DNA of 64,000 bases from Heptranchias perlo. Taxonomy: Eukaryota. Shown in pieces: positions 25,230-38,640 of the stretch. The translations under genes and the position numbers were made by a program. The stretch spans positions 19,654,001-19,718,000 of the forward strand of contig NC_090362.1 of assembly GCF_035084215.1 (NCBI RefSeq), written 5' to 3'. Position 1 is the stretch's first letter; every line of letters begins with the position of its first letter. The notes under the pieces were generated by a model. The model worked only from the letters and a program-made list of their open reading frames with translations, made no database searches and was not told the origin of the DNA.

Positions 25230-25427
25230 ATGGCGGCGGAGCGGAGCCCGTGGGCGCTCAGGGCGGGGGCCGAGGCCGAGGGACCCGGGCCCGGGGCGGG
25301 GGCTGAGCGGAGAGCCGGGCAGGTGCCGCCCGACAGCCGCAGCGAGGCGGCGCTGGCCAACACCCAGTGGGCCTTGAAGCGGTACGCGCGCTTCACACCG
25401 CCGGGCGGGGCCTCGAGCTCTTGGGAG
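25230..25427 (+). CDS. REC114: REC114 exon 1 (66 codons)
   Basis: MAAERS...QWALKRYARF...SSSWE matches the REC114 N-terminal W-x-L-x-R-Y motif. Lies in a CpG island. Donor GAG|GTGAGA, phase 0. Start codon inferred. Confidence 0.88.
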
Positions 25428-25459
25428 GTGAGAGAGAGGCCGGGGGACAGGTACATGGC

Positions 25460-25820
25460 GGGGTACACGGGTTAGGAGAGGGTATATCAGGGTGTGGTAT
25501 ATAGATGGGAGGGGGTACATCGGGGCGTGGTAGATGGGCTGGGAGGAGGTACACGGGCTGGGAGGGGGTACACCGGGGCGTGGTACACGGGCTGGGAGGG
25601 GGTACACGGGCTGGGAGGGGGTACACCGGGGCGTGGTACACGGGCTGGGAGGGGGTACACGGGCTGGGAGGGGGTACACTGGCTGGGAGGGGGTACACTG
25701 GCTGGGAGGGGGTACACGGGCTGGGAGGGGGTACACGGGCTGGGAGGGGGTACACGGGCTGGGAGGGGGTACACGGGCTGGGAGGGGGTACACGGGCTGG
25801 GAGGGGGTACATCGGGGCGT
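25460..25820. repeat. G-rich 20-bp minisatellite (GTACACGGGCTGGGAGGGGG) at the start of REC114 intron 1
   Basis: Directly visible; it explains the Pro/Gly-rich ORFs at 25098-25985. Confidence 0.95.
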
Positions 25821-25821
25821 G

Positions 25822-26222
25822 TCCTCAGGATGTCCCAAAGTACTTTACAGCCAATGAAGTACATTTTGAAGTGTAGTCACTGTTGTGATGTAGGAAATGC
25901 AGCAGCTAATTTGTACACAGCAAGATCCCACAAATCGCAATGTGATAATTACCAGATTGTCGCTTTGTTCTATGATGTTGGTTGAGGGATAAATATTTAC
26001 CAGGACACCTGGGAGAACTCCACTGCTCTTTTTAGATTACTGCCTTGCGATCTTTTATGTGCACCTGAGAGGGGAGATGGGGCCTTGGTTTAACGTCTCA
26101 TCGCACTCCTTCGGTACTGCACTGCAGTATCAGCCTAGATTTTGTGCTCAAGCTTGATTGGGACTTGAACCCACAAACTTCTGATTCAGAGGCGAGAGTG
26201 CTGCCACTGAGCCATGGCTGAT
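25822..26222 (-). mobile_element. tRNA-headed DeuSINE (SacSINE1/AmnSINE-like)
   Basis: Head TGGCTCAGTGG...GGTTCAAGTCC on the minus strand; body shared with copies at 3050-3228, 18045-18410, 47765-47905 and 57525-57925. Confidence 0.75.
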
Positions 26223-27979
26223 ACTGTAGGAGATGGTAAATTAGAGTGTGGAGTGTTGGAGGTGGTATATTGGGTGTGGTATATGGAGTAGGAGGTATAT
26301 TAGAGTATTGAACATGAAGTAGGACGTGGTATATTAGGGTGTGGTACAAGGAGTGGGAGCTGCTGTATATGAGGGGTAGGAGGTGTTATAGTAGTGTGTG
26401 ATATGAGGGGTAGGAGATGGTAAAAAGGGTGTGGTATGAGGTCTGGGAGGATGTATAAAAGGGTGTAGTTTATGAGGAGTAGGCGGTAGTAAAAGGGTGT
26501 GGGGTAGGAAGAGTGGGTGGTATATGAGGGGTCGAAGGTGGAATCAGGATGAGGTGTATCGGGAATGGGTGGTGGTCCAAATAGGTAGTGGTATATGCAG
26601 GGTAGGAGGTGGTTTCTGAAGGTATGGTATATGAGGGTTTGTAGATTGTATCTGAGAATGGGGTGTATTAGGGGTGGGAGGTGGCATTTGAAGGTGTGCG
26701 TGTTTCATGATTCAGGTGCTCACCAGATATTTTGTCTCAAGCTGGTTGCAAAAATTCTGCTCTTATGGGAGCTGGAAAGAGTACTTGATTTCTCTCTGGT
26801 ATTTTTAAACTATCAATAAAAGTCCTGCTTATCCAGTTGTTCTCATTAGTAAATGTCTTATTTTGAATTAGGCATCTGTGATGTGAAGTTCAATATGAGA
26901 TTGAATCATCCACACAGTCCTTCATAGTCAGTCGAACAGTAGAGAGAACTACAATGGTGAACTAGCAAAATCATGCCATGCTTGTACTCAATTTCTGGCC
27001 ACCTAAATGACAATTAAAATAGACTTCAAAGTGGCTGGGTGATCCCTCAGAAGCTTGTCCATTTCCAGGATAAAGCTGAGCTATGAGTGTGATAGTCAAG
27101 GCCCCTTTTTGAGACAGCCACCATTGTTTGTTGCTCTTGAATGGTCTGGTGCAGTAGCGCACAAAATAGTCTGTAAATCTGGGAAGACTGTAGCCTGGTG
27201 ATCCATGTAAATTGTTTCTATGATGTTAGTGGGCTGTGAGTTTTTGCTTACTTGTTGAACAGTTGGGTCTTATAACTTCCATTCCCATAGTTGGGCACCC
27301 CCTGCCCCCTCCCTCCGCCTCATCTATTTCCTCAAATGTAATTGAAGGTGTCAAGAGGAGAAAACGCACCCAAATTCACACTCTTTACATAGATGAGTCT
27401 GATGTTGGATTTCTGGTCCAGAAAGTATGTTCATTTCATCTAGACTGATTGCTCTCGGTGTGTAGTAACCAGTTTGAAGTGCCCATAATGTGCTACAACT
27501 ACAAGCCACTCCCTCAACCTATATAAAAACAATATATAACAGATTCTTATATTAAGCAGGACAGATGGCATGAGATTGTATATGAGGGATGCGAGGTCAT
27601 GTCTGGTGTATGAGGGTGTTGTGAAATGGCAGAAGGTGGTATGAGAGGTGTGAGATTATGACTGGTGTATGAGGGTAATGTGAGATTGGTATATTTTGGA
27701 CTGGGAGGTGATAAGAGGTGGAATGTGAAGGGGTGTGAGATAGCAGGAAGCAGGCAGGTATTTATAGTACTTGTGGACACAGTGAAACACTTGGTTCACA
27801 GGAATACAGTAAATTTCTAATCTGGCTCATGGATTCTGAAAAGTGTGATAATGCAGTCATTCCAGTCACATTTGTGAAGCTCCTGAAATGTTGGAGATGT
27901 GGATTATTAAATGCTGTGAAAATATTTGACATTGTTGTTAACCATTGATGCAGTAAATCAGTTTTATTTTACTTTTGAG

Positions 27980-28072
27980 GTTTTTGAGTCCAGTCAGGAA
28001 AAGGGTCTTCTCTCCTTAACGATTGTGCAGTCAGGCCATTTCCTCATCTCTCAAGGTGGCGCAACCCTACTG
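27980..28072 (+). CDS. REC114: REC114 exon 2 (31 codons)
   Basis: ttttgAG|VFESSQEKGLLSLTIVQSGHFLISQGGATLL|GTAAGT; resembles human VFDSNEESGYLVLTIVISGHFFIFQGQTLL. Confidence 0.93.
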
Positions 28073-30762
28073 GTAAGTGTGGCTGAGCAGATTTCAGGTT
28101 TTTTTTTCTGCTTCTAGATGTAAATTACAAAGCACTGAGACCTTACTATCAAAACCCCATCCATTGCCTTGGACTTGAGAAGGGATAATTAAGTGAGCCG
28201 TGGAGATTTGTTACCTATCTGATAGAAACATATTCATTTTTTGAATTTGAAATACCTTCTACATACCATGGAAGTGAATCCAGCTGAATGCATGGAAAAT
28301 CCCCAAAGGACAAAGTTGTTTTGATGTTTTAGATTGCCATAACATCACCACATGACACTTCCCCTCCCTGCACAGTACAAGAGTACAACTCATGAACACA
28401 GCCACTCCTTTTATTTCTGAACTAGAAAAGGTGCAAGATGTGTCAGGAAATGACCTGCTAAGAGGTGCTTTGGTGTTGTGGAGGATGCCTCTTCATACTT
28501 GAAGAATGAAGAAAAAGCTAGCACGTAGGTAATCATGGTGAGACTATGTGGATCGCTCCATGTGGCTGCATTACAGAGGCTCCTGGCAGAAATTGGAGAG
28601 GAGAACCAGCAGGGAAGAGAAAGGAAATCACTGGACTAAGAAGAAATAAAAATAATAACGGTAGTACGATAACTATATTAGATTTTGAACGTACTTCTCT
28701 GTACTTGCAAAACAAAAGTGAACATCGCTTGATTATTGAGTGAAATTCAATAAATGTAAAACATTAACAAATTTCTGTTTGCAAACAAAAAAATAGTTCT
28801 GTTCCCTGCTTTAAAAATATGCACAAAATTAACAAATAAAAGGATGCTATTTCAAGAAGGTAACAAATTTTGCCCTGATGTGTGTGTTGTTGTATTTACA
28901 GATGTTACAAATGGCAGGCTGTAGGGCTTTAGAAGATTCCTCCATAGGGTCACTCTGCATTTGGGGCATGCAGTGCATAAAGCCGCAGAAGAACTTGATG
29001 CTGTCTTTCCAGAGCAGTCAATGATAAGCCTGAATAGCAAAATCCTAGAACTATGAGTAAGGATGCAGTTACACTGGTGTGAGACTGGTAGTTGCAGTTT
29101 CAATTCCATCCATGCAGAATCCTCTTTACATTGCTTGATTGCTGCCTGATTAGAACTGTACCCATCCTGTTTAGGAGAGAGCTTTGTGTATGCTTGCGTC
29201 CATGGATGCAAGTTAAAAATTTAAATGTATAGAGAGCAGGCAAGGGAGAATCCCCTACTCTCTTTCAAAAAAAATAAAATAATAATAATTTGTCAGGTAA
29301 AGTATACAATAGATTCAACAACCACCCAAGCATTTCACAATAAGTTTATACTCTATCCAGTGTCAAACTGAAGTAATGTGAGAACCTCCTTCAGGCAGTC
29401 TCACTTCACTTCGCTCGGAAGTCAGGTCAGTCACCAATTCTGGATTTACATTGCCAGGTTAGCGTCAGTGCGAAGCAGAAATCGGTTTGCACAGATGCTA
29501 AACCTGCAGCGTTATTAAATCCAAAGACAGTTGCTGAGTTCTCACCTGGGTGGTGAATACATTAAGTGAACAGATAACCTGCTCCACCAACTGTGCAGCA
29601 TCAAATTGCATAAAATTATACGTAATTGTCCCGTCATGCAGGTGTTACTGGAGTGCCCTCTGCCATGGACATTTTGAGTGCTCTAATGAAGTAGGTGCTT
29701 GCATTTTCCGATGTACTTTAGGCACGTTTTAGGTTATCGAAAACTTGTCTACTGCGACAGATGTTAACCCTCTAGCTTGTATAACACAATCCAGCGATGT
29801 CCACGTGGAGGGGCCTGTTATAGGTGTGAAGTCCACACTAGTTGACAATGCAGCACGACACTCGAGCATGGATCCTCGAGTCTCTCTTTGTTATCCTCCT
29901 CTTCAGTGGACAACTGTGTATTCCACGTATCCCTCACTCTCTTCTGAGGAATTGACAACTTCTGAGTGCATTTCTGGGGAATAGGGTGTAGGGATCTTAT
30001 TTGTGACAACGTGGAAGAATATTTCTGTTAATTAATTTGGATTGTGCATGGATTTCATTGTTTACAATAAGATTGTTTCAGATGCAGACTGCCAATTATT
30101 ATCTTACTTTAAGTAATATACAAATGAATACAGGCACAGGGCATCGTGTGATTTGCATGCTAAGTAGTTGCAAATTGTTACTTTTACCATTTTAGCACAA
30201 TTTTCTCTGACTCTGGTCTTTTTACTCTGATCTGGAAGCTGTATCTTCTCTATGTTCTGCCCTTGAAGATGTGTGTGCTCAAGGGGCTGATAGTTATACC
30301 ATTGGGTAATCTGCTTCCTGGATTTAACATAGTTTTGGACCTCATTCTGTTCAAAATGGCAAGAGTTACCATAATGTTATGAGTATTTTGAACAGCTTGA
30401 TGTGACTGCTTTCTCTATACTTTAGGTAAGTGGTGGGGGGGTGTTTAATGGACAGAATGATCTGCTGTGACCGATCAATCTCCTGGCCAGCTGGGCTAGA
30501 ACCCTCAACTTTATAACACAATCCAGAGATGGCCCTATGGAGGACCCTGTTATAGGTGTGAAACCCACACTGTACTTGACAGTGCAGCATCAGGCCTGGA
30601 TCCCAATAACTCCAGGACATTATTGTGCTGGTTTTACAGAACAAATGGTGACGGTACTGGAAATTTCTATCATTATTTTATATAGTTTTTAAACGAACTT
30701 GGGCTAAAATGGATGCTGTCTACCTTTTACTAAGATTTAAAATGGAATACCTCAGACGGTTA

Positions 30763-30950
30763 GGGGTCAATTTTAACCTAAGCCGCCAGTTAGGAAACTG
30801 ACGCGATTGGGTGCAGTGCTGGTTTTACACCCTGCCTGATTTTACACTCTGCTGAAGTCAGTGGAGAGAAATATTGGGCGGAATGTAAAATCAGTGTTCC
30901 ACCCGATCCTGTGGGTTTCCCGCTCGATGAGTTAGGTTTAAATTACCCCC
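30763..30950. mobile_element. Harbinger-type palindromic MITE
   Basis: TIRs GGGGTCAATTTTAACCTAA / TTAGGTTTAAATTACCCC, TTA on both flanks, internal fold-back symmetry. Confidence 0.75.
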
Positions 30951-32294
30951 TTAGTCTCTGGGAAAAGGGCAAGTGCCTTGTGATGAGAGATGGATTAAGA
31001 TAAAGTTACTTTGAACGGCTGCTTGTAATTTTAATGTATGTGGTTATAAAGAATTGTGTTTTTCAATTGCTGCCAGATTACAAACAGAATTAAGCTTCTT
31101 GGAAGTCTCCGTTCATGCAGTTTGCACCTTGTCTGCTTAAGTGTTAAAATGATTAATATTTTGATTGACTAACTATTGAAGAAATAATTTGATCTTCAAA
31201 GGAAAAGATGCCTAAAAACCCAGCGACGTTTTTGGGGTCTTTAGTTCCCTATTCTTGCTTCTACCTATCAATAGGGACTCAGTAAAAAATGATTTTCAGT
31301 ATTATTTACCACCCACAGACCGTTTCCTAGAATTATTCGAGGAAAGATGTAAGGATTTTAGACTCTCGTTTGTAAGTTAACAAGCCATCTCATTGTGTGT
31401 AAGGTTGATCATTGTCGTGTAACAGTATATTACTGTGTGGTACTTCTCTACATCATTTCTTCTGTAAATTAATCTGACTAAATAGGCATAGCATGTACGA
31501 ATTAAGCTGGTGGCATGTTATTTTATGCCTTCTGAGTTGTTGCTAGAACTGATGGGTATCCCAAAGTATTCTCAAGTTATCATTTACCACTATTCATGGT
31601 TAATTCTCAATCCTGCGAAGGCTAACCCAAGCACAGTGGTGAATAAAAGTGCAGCTTTCGGTCCATAAGGGACGTGGACTGCTTATGGAAACTAGTCTGG
31701 CTTTGAACTGGAGAAAGTGGTGGGGGAAAAAGGCCACACTGAAACAGTAACTTTATTTAATATCAAATTGCCAGATGAACCATAACAAATGGCACATACT
31801 AAAAGTGCGTTTCAAGCATAACAAGCAGAGGGAATGTTCTCAATAGGTTAATTAATCTCCGTAAGCACAGTTTCTGATTTAGTTCAGGTGCCTGTCAAAT
31901 TGATAAAGTTCCTGTTAAAATACAACAAAGTCAACCCCAGGTTCAACCTCCAACACAGTGTTCTGTCTCAGAGAAATTCATTATCTGTCAGGGCTAATAA
32001 CTTTCAAAGTAACTCCTGGGCTCTTCCATTTAACTTCATGAGTGTCAAAACCAACATTTCTGGAAAATCTCAATGACTGTCTTTCCAAATTAAGTCACAA
32101 TGACTCGTGCAGCTTTCAGATTAACATAATAAATTGCTTGGTGATTGTTTCCCAAAGAAATTATATGTTACTTTGTGCATAATAAATCTAATTAAGGACT
32201 TTATACAGATGTAGAACTTCCTCTCAATATAATAGATGTAACAGGGAAAACGTAAGTCCGTTCAGTTTGAGTTAAAGACAATTTGCATACAAAA

Positions 32295-33725
32295 ATTCTC
32301 AGTGGATTGGAAGGTAGCAAATGTAACGCCACCATTCAAGGAAGGAGGGAGAGAGAAAACAGGGAACTATAGGCCAGTTAGCCATCAGTCATTGGGAAAA
32401 TGCTGGAATCCATTATTAAGGACGTGGTAACAGGGCACTTAAAAAATCACATGATTAGGCAGAGTCAACATGGTTTTATGAAAGAGAAATCGTGTTTGAC
32501 AAATCTATTAGTTTTTTTGAGGATGTAACTAGCAGGGTAGATAAAGGAACCAGTGAATGTAGTATATTTGGATTTTCAAAAGGCATATGATATGGTACCA
32601 CACGAAAGGTTGTTACACAAGATAAGGTCTCATGGGGTTGGGGGTAATACATTAGCATGGATAGAGGATTGGTTAATGCTCAGAAAACAGAGTAGGAATA
32701 AACGGGTCATTTTCAGGTTGGCAGGCTGTAACGAGTGGGGTGCCATAAGGATCAGTGCTTGGGCCTCAGCTATTTACAATCTATATTAATGACTTAGATG
32801 AAGGGACTGAGTATAATGTATCTAAATTTGCTGACGATACAAAGCTAGGTGGGAAAGTAAGCTGTGAGGAGGACAGAGTCTGCAAAGGGATATAGATTGG
32901 TTAAGTGAGTGGGCAAGAAGATGGCAGATGGAGTATAATGTGGGGAAATGTGAGATTATTCACTTTGGTAGGAAAAATAGAAAATGGTGAGAAACTATTA
33001 AATGTTGGTGTTCAGAGGGAATTGGGTGTCCTTGTACACAAAACACAGAAAGTTAACATGGAGGTACAGCAAACAATTGGGAAGGCAAATAGTATGTTGG
33101 CCTTTATTGCAAGGAGGTTGGAGTACAGGAGTAAGGAAGTCTTGCTGCAATTGTACAGGGCTTTGGTGAGACCACACCTGGTGTACTGTGTACAGTTGTG
33201 GTCTCCTTACCTAAGGAAGGATATACTTGCCTTAGAGGCGGTGCAACAAAGGTTTATTAGATTGATTCCTGGGATGAGAGGGATGCCTTATAAGGAGAGA
33301 TTGAGTAGAATGGGCCTATATTCTCTGGAGTTTAGACGAGTGAGAGGTGATCTCATTGAAACATGTAAGATTCTGAGAAGGCTTGACAGGGTAGATGCTG
33401 AGAGGCTGTTTCCTCTGGCTGGAGAGTCTAGAACTAGGGGGGGGCATAGACTCAGGATAAGGGGTTGGCCATTTAGGACTGAGAAGAATAGAAATGTCTT
33501 CACTCAGAGGGTAGTGAATCTTTGGAATTCTCTATACCAGAGGGCTGTGGCTGCTCAGTGGTTAAGTACATTCAGGGCTGAGATCGATAGATTGTTGGAC
33601 TCTAAGGGAATCAAGGGATATGGGGATCGGGTCGGAGTTGAGATTGAAGATCAGCCATGATCTGATTGAATGGCAGAGCAGGCTCAAGGGACCATATGGC
33701 CTGCTCCTGCTCCTATTTCTTATGT
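32295..33725 (+). mobile_element. Degenerate CR1 LINE (RT + 3' end)
   Basis: Frameshifted VVYLDFQKAYD, LVRPHLVYC and FTQRVVNLWNSL segments plus a CR1 3' UTR. Confidence 0.9.
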
Positions 33726-35786
33726 TCAGTTAATTGGTTCAGTGTCTTCACTATTGAACAAACCAGGAGGGCATGGAGAGGTCGGCGATCGGGGTGGGGG
33801 GGTAGAAAGGCCATCGCGGGGGTGGGGGGAAAGAGAGTGGGATCGGCCGTAGTTGGCTGGGTAGAGAGAGAGAGAGAGAGAGGTCATCGGGATTGGGCTG
33901 GGGGGGGGGGGGGGGGAAGGGGGCGGAGGTTGGCGATCGCGGTAGAGGGGAAAGAGAAGCCGCGATCAGCAGAGGGAAGACCGAAAGCTTACTTGAGGGG
34001 CCGGGGGGAGCACTCCTCCTGACCCACAAGGAGTACTGTAAAAGGCACTTATGGAACCGGCAATTCCCGCTTTCCTTAAACTGCCGGTTTTCCCGTCCCC
34101 TAGGAAACCAAAACAGCAAATGTAAAAATTTAAATCGGGCTCCTAATTCCACAGTGGGAGCCGGATTTAAATATGCTAATGAAGTGCCACGGCTAGACAC
34201 TTGGGACACCTCGAAACCCACCGCTGTGAAAAGGGCAACTGGCACGTACTCGGCCTTTTTAACACCTCACCCCAACCCTCTCCTGTTTATCATGGGGGTG
34301 GGGGTAATATAGAGGCCGTTGTATCTTTTTGGGTCTATGTTTATCTCTTAGAGAATGTTATTTGTAATTTTGTGCTAGTTGAAGTTTAGCCATGTGTTTT
34401 AAGTTATGATTACTTCTTGGAGTTCTCTGCATTTGTGAGAATTTTAGAAAATTTATTCAGTTTTCAGGCCTTTGATGGTTGAGAGTTTTGGCCAATGCTG
34501 TTTTGGTTACCTCCCCCCTTCCCACCCCAAAAAAACAGTATATTTCAATTTGTTGTACTGCTGTCTTTAAAACAAAACAGCTCTGTTAGAATGAAAGATC
34601 TCTTGTATGCTTTGACTTTTATTGCAATTTTGTGCCCTTCACTGCCAGAGAGCTGTGAGCCATATTTGTTTGCATAGGTCAAGTGCCTCAGTTCCCCATG
34701 ATAGAGCTGTATATTTTGAATAATTTCAACTGATTACCAATGGTAAATTAAGACACCACGCAGAGGAATATTTGGCATTAATAACCTGGTGGTAAACATG
34801 CATATTTACATTGCAAACCTCTCGAAAGTGCTTTTACACTAGTAGCCTAGTTATTTCCAGATACTTCTGTTCTTATTTTGTGGGTGAGAAAGTCTTCAAT
34901 TTTATACTCTTTTTCTCATCTTAAAGTGCTGCTTCTTGCCTGGGTACAGTCGCAAGGATGCTGCCAACCCTCTGGTATCTCACCTAAATGCCCGTTTTAT
35001 ACCTCTGAACCTAGACAGCGAGCGTTGTCGGGCCAATTTTCCATAGGGGGCATCAAAACCAGGTTTGCTCCTTTTCTCACTCGAAAGTCCGTACACAGGC
35101 ACTTTGCAGCAAGAGTCACCAATCAGAAATGTGAACTCTGATTTTTTTTTATTGTTCCCAGCTTTTGAGTTCCATCTGCTGCCTAGCTGACGTAACATAG
35201 ATTAGGACCTCCTGATCCGTATGGCTTAGCACTGCCCCGGGCATGTCCTTTACTCACTAGGCCATTGGGCAGCAATGTACTTATTATATACTTATGTCAC
35301 TAAATCCTGGATAAACTTGTTAATGACCTTTTTATTGACATCAGAAGGCATGATTTAATATCTTCTTATGAAAAGGAATTATGCACGAACAACATGAAGC
35401 ATGTAGACAGCTGCCGACAGCACAACATGCCTTTAAAGTTTAATTAGAAACAAATCACAGCACAAAGTAAGCAGTTTGTTTGGGAAAAAAAGAGAATGAG
35501 CTCAATATAAATTTTTTAATTCAGATGAAAGTCCTAAACCACTCGTGCTTTGACCTTGTGGTTTCTGATGTGAACTGAACTTGACCAGGTTGCAGCTTTG
35601 TAATTTGATCCCGATAATCTTTTTATAACACGTTTCTGTTGCATTTGTGACTGTAAATGCTGTTTATTACTTTTTGTTAATAGCAGTATAACAGAATGCC
35701 ATAGTTTGGAGTAATATTTTTGTAAAGGAAATAATGTGTTAAGTGAAGATTCTCTACAATTCAGGGAAAATGTTCTTAAAGACTTA

Positions 35787-35962
35787 GGGGGTGAATTTTC
35801 CCAGGGTTCCCCCCCCCCCACCCCCCCGGCTGCACCGTAACTTGGGAAGAACTGGGAAAAGCCCCAGAAAACAGCATAAATGCCATTTTACCAGCGATTC
35901 CGTGTCTCTTAAGCCAAAGTTGCGGCTGGCAAGTGGGAGATCCTCCACAGAAAGTCACCCCC
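35787..35962. mobile_element. Harbinger-type MITE
   Basis: GGGGGTGAATTT / AAAGTCACCCCC termini with TTA on both flanks. Confidence 0.7.
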
Positions 35963-37914
35963 TTAATTTGGTTCAGTCCCAGAGATGTAGTTTCTTAATA
36001 CCTGTGGCTTAGTGTTCCACTGATGGATCAGTAGGTAAGTGTACTGTGTGTTGTGACACAGCCATATGCGCCACAAGGGTCCCAGGTCTGATTTCTGGTC
36101 TGTGTTGAATTAGATGATTTCACTGGAGCAGAAATTGGCCTCAATGCCATTGACTGGAGAGGGAAAATTCAGCTGGTGTTCCCATTCCTGATTTCTATCC
36201 ATTTACCTCTGCTGGAGAATGCACGCATTGACATTCATGTGACGATCACATTGGACGCAGCGAAGCTGTGCTCCATGGTGAATAGCCTGCTGACAGTCAC
36301 TGTCCAGGCTTGCACATAAATGGGTACTTAGGTGAAATATACGAACGAGCTACCAACACCCTTGAAACTACACCCCAGCAAAAGAGACCGAGCCAAAGAA
36401 GGAGACATTAGGACAGGTGACTAAAAGCTTGGTCAAAGAGGTAGTTTTTAAAGGAGCGTCTTGGAGGAGGGAGAGGCGGAGAAGTTTAGGAAGGGAATTC
36501 CAGAGCTTAGGGCCTAGACAGCTGAAGGCGTTTTTTGGAAAACAATAAAGTAACCAAATCATTACTAAGGAGGAAATGGGGCCAGCAGAGAGATTACTTA
36601 GCAAACTAGACGGAATCCGGTTTGTATAACATTTAGCCCACCATTAATGTCGAATCATTTTGTGCTCATTTAATGGATAGCACTCTTGCCTGGTTGATTT
36701 AAATTAGTAGCTCTGGTTACTGCAGGAGATAATTTATCTTTGTGACAACTTGATATATGTGAGCTTACTTCTATGCTTTGTACTAGTTTGTCCCTGAAAT
36801 GAAATCTAGTGCAGTTAAAAATGGAGCAAGTGCAAATTACAAAATTAGGAGTGAAACAATGAGACTTCAGGCTTCATGACTAAGCAAGTTAAGGCAGTGA
36901 GCAGCTGAGTCATAGAAACCAGGCATGTCCCATGTTTGATCCTGTGATAATTGTGTTGAGTTAGCTGGTCTCAGACAGAGTGGCATTATGATTGGAGTTA
37001 GGGAGATGAAAGTCGCAGCAGGATTACCTGTCCTGATTGCTGTCTAGTGACCACTGTTAGAAGTTTTTTGGGGGACTTTGGGTATAGAGAGGGTAGGATA
37101 AGGATAGGATCAGGCTCAGCTGCTGTACTGCCATGGTCAAATAGCTTGCTTGCTGCCTTAGATGTGAAGAATGGCCACTTCACTCAGGCCCCCATGGAAT
37201 CATATCCCAGCAGGGAGTTTGTATTTTCAGGAAGGAAGGAGAGAAAACATGTATTTTTTTTTAAAAAAAGAGACTAGACATTAAAATAGTTTTAAATATT
37301 TATATTATTTTGAGACAGTTATCTCCCTGTTGAAAGTGTAGACTGGACTCTCACACAATATCTACTATCTGAGAGGTGTTAGTCAAACCCTAGTCCTAAC
37401 TGTGTGAGAAATTTGCGATTCTGCACACTGAATGGAGGTAACCATCTCCAGGCACTATTGTGAAATTTTTATAAACTGCCTCTCTATGTATGACCTTGTT
37501 GACTGCTCCTGATATGTAATCTATAGATTTTTTTTTAAATAAGAAAAGACAGTGCTCATTGTATTATATATAGAGCAGTCCTTTGCTGTGACATACTGCT
37601 ACCTATAAGAGGCATTATGTTGGCTGCCTTCACAAACAGAAACCATAATGATTATCACTATAAACACATTCTTCATAAAACCATGCTTTTAATATGACAA
37701 GGGCAGTGTAGACATGACTACATTTCTGTTGCTCTCATGCCCTCTTCTGTGCAGTAATGCAATCTACACCCACCAGCTTTTTTCCTGTGCTAAAACAGAA
37801 TGATTATGGGGAAGACTGTTTCACACTAAGGACTTTAGGCAGTTTTCTAGTCATAACTGGAATCATCCAGGACTGAGGCTCTAAGACTGAGTATTCCAAT
37901 CCATCTCCTCATTA

Positions 37915-38640
37915 AGGTCAAGGTGTTTAAAATGATAAAGGGATTCAATAGGGTAGATAGAGAAACTAATTCCTCTGGTGGAGGAATCCAGAACAAGGCG
38001 GCGTGATCTTAAAATTAGAGCCAAGCCATTTTAAGAGTGAAATGAGGAAGCATTTTTAGGCAAAGGGTAGTGGAAATTTAGAAGAGGCTGTGGATGCTGG
38101 GACAATTGAAATTTTCATCACCGAGATTGATAAGATGTTGGTTGGGTATGGGTATCAAGGAATATATAATGCAGCAAAGGCGGATAAATGGAGTGGAGAT
38201 GCAGATCAGCCATGATCTAACTGAATAGCAGACAGGCTCGAGGGGCTGAATGGCCTACTCCAGTTCCTATGTTCCTACAAACAGGAGAAACTTGGGGCTT
38301 TTCAGCCTGGAAAGTAAATGTCTGAGAGTGACCTTAGAGGTACATGATAGTTAAGGTAATGGAAACGGAAAGTTGACAATATTATTTTAAATTGTGGGAG
38401 TAGGACAAAGGAACACGGGTTCAAGTTAATGAAATGAAAATTTATATTGTCACCAGTAGCTCTTCACAGAGTGATCAACACACGGAATGGATTTTCAGAT
38501 AGAGTAGTGGAGGCAAAACTCTGGAATTATTTAAGGAACAAATAGACACTGCAGTGGGGAAAGCTAGAGTTTTTCCAGGTGGATGAACTAAAATGGGTCA
38601 AATGCTCTTAGTCATCCGTAATTATCTTGTCATCTTTGAT
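37915..38640 (+). mobile_element. Two adjacent decayed CR1 3' fragments
   Basis: Similarity to the other CR1 3' ends in this window. Confidence 0.7.

Noticed and set aside
25098-25985. Pro-rich and Gly/Trp-rich ORFs on both strands
   Set aside because: Products of the G-rich minisatellite and the GC-rich exon; only 25230-25427 has protein homology and a splice donor.
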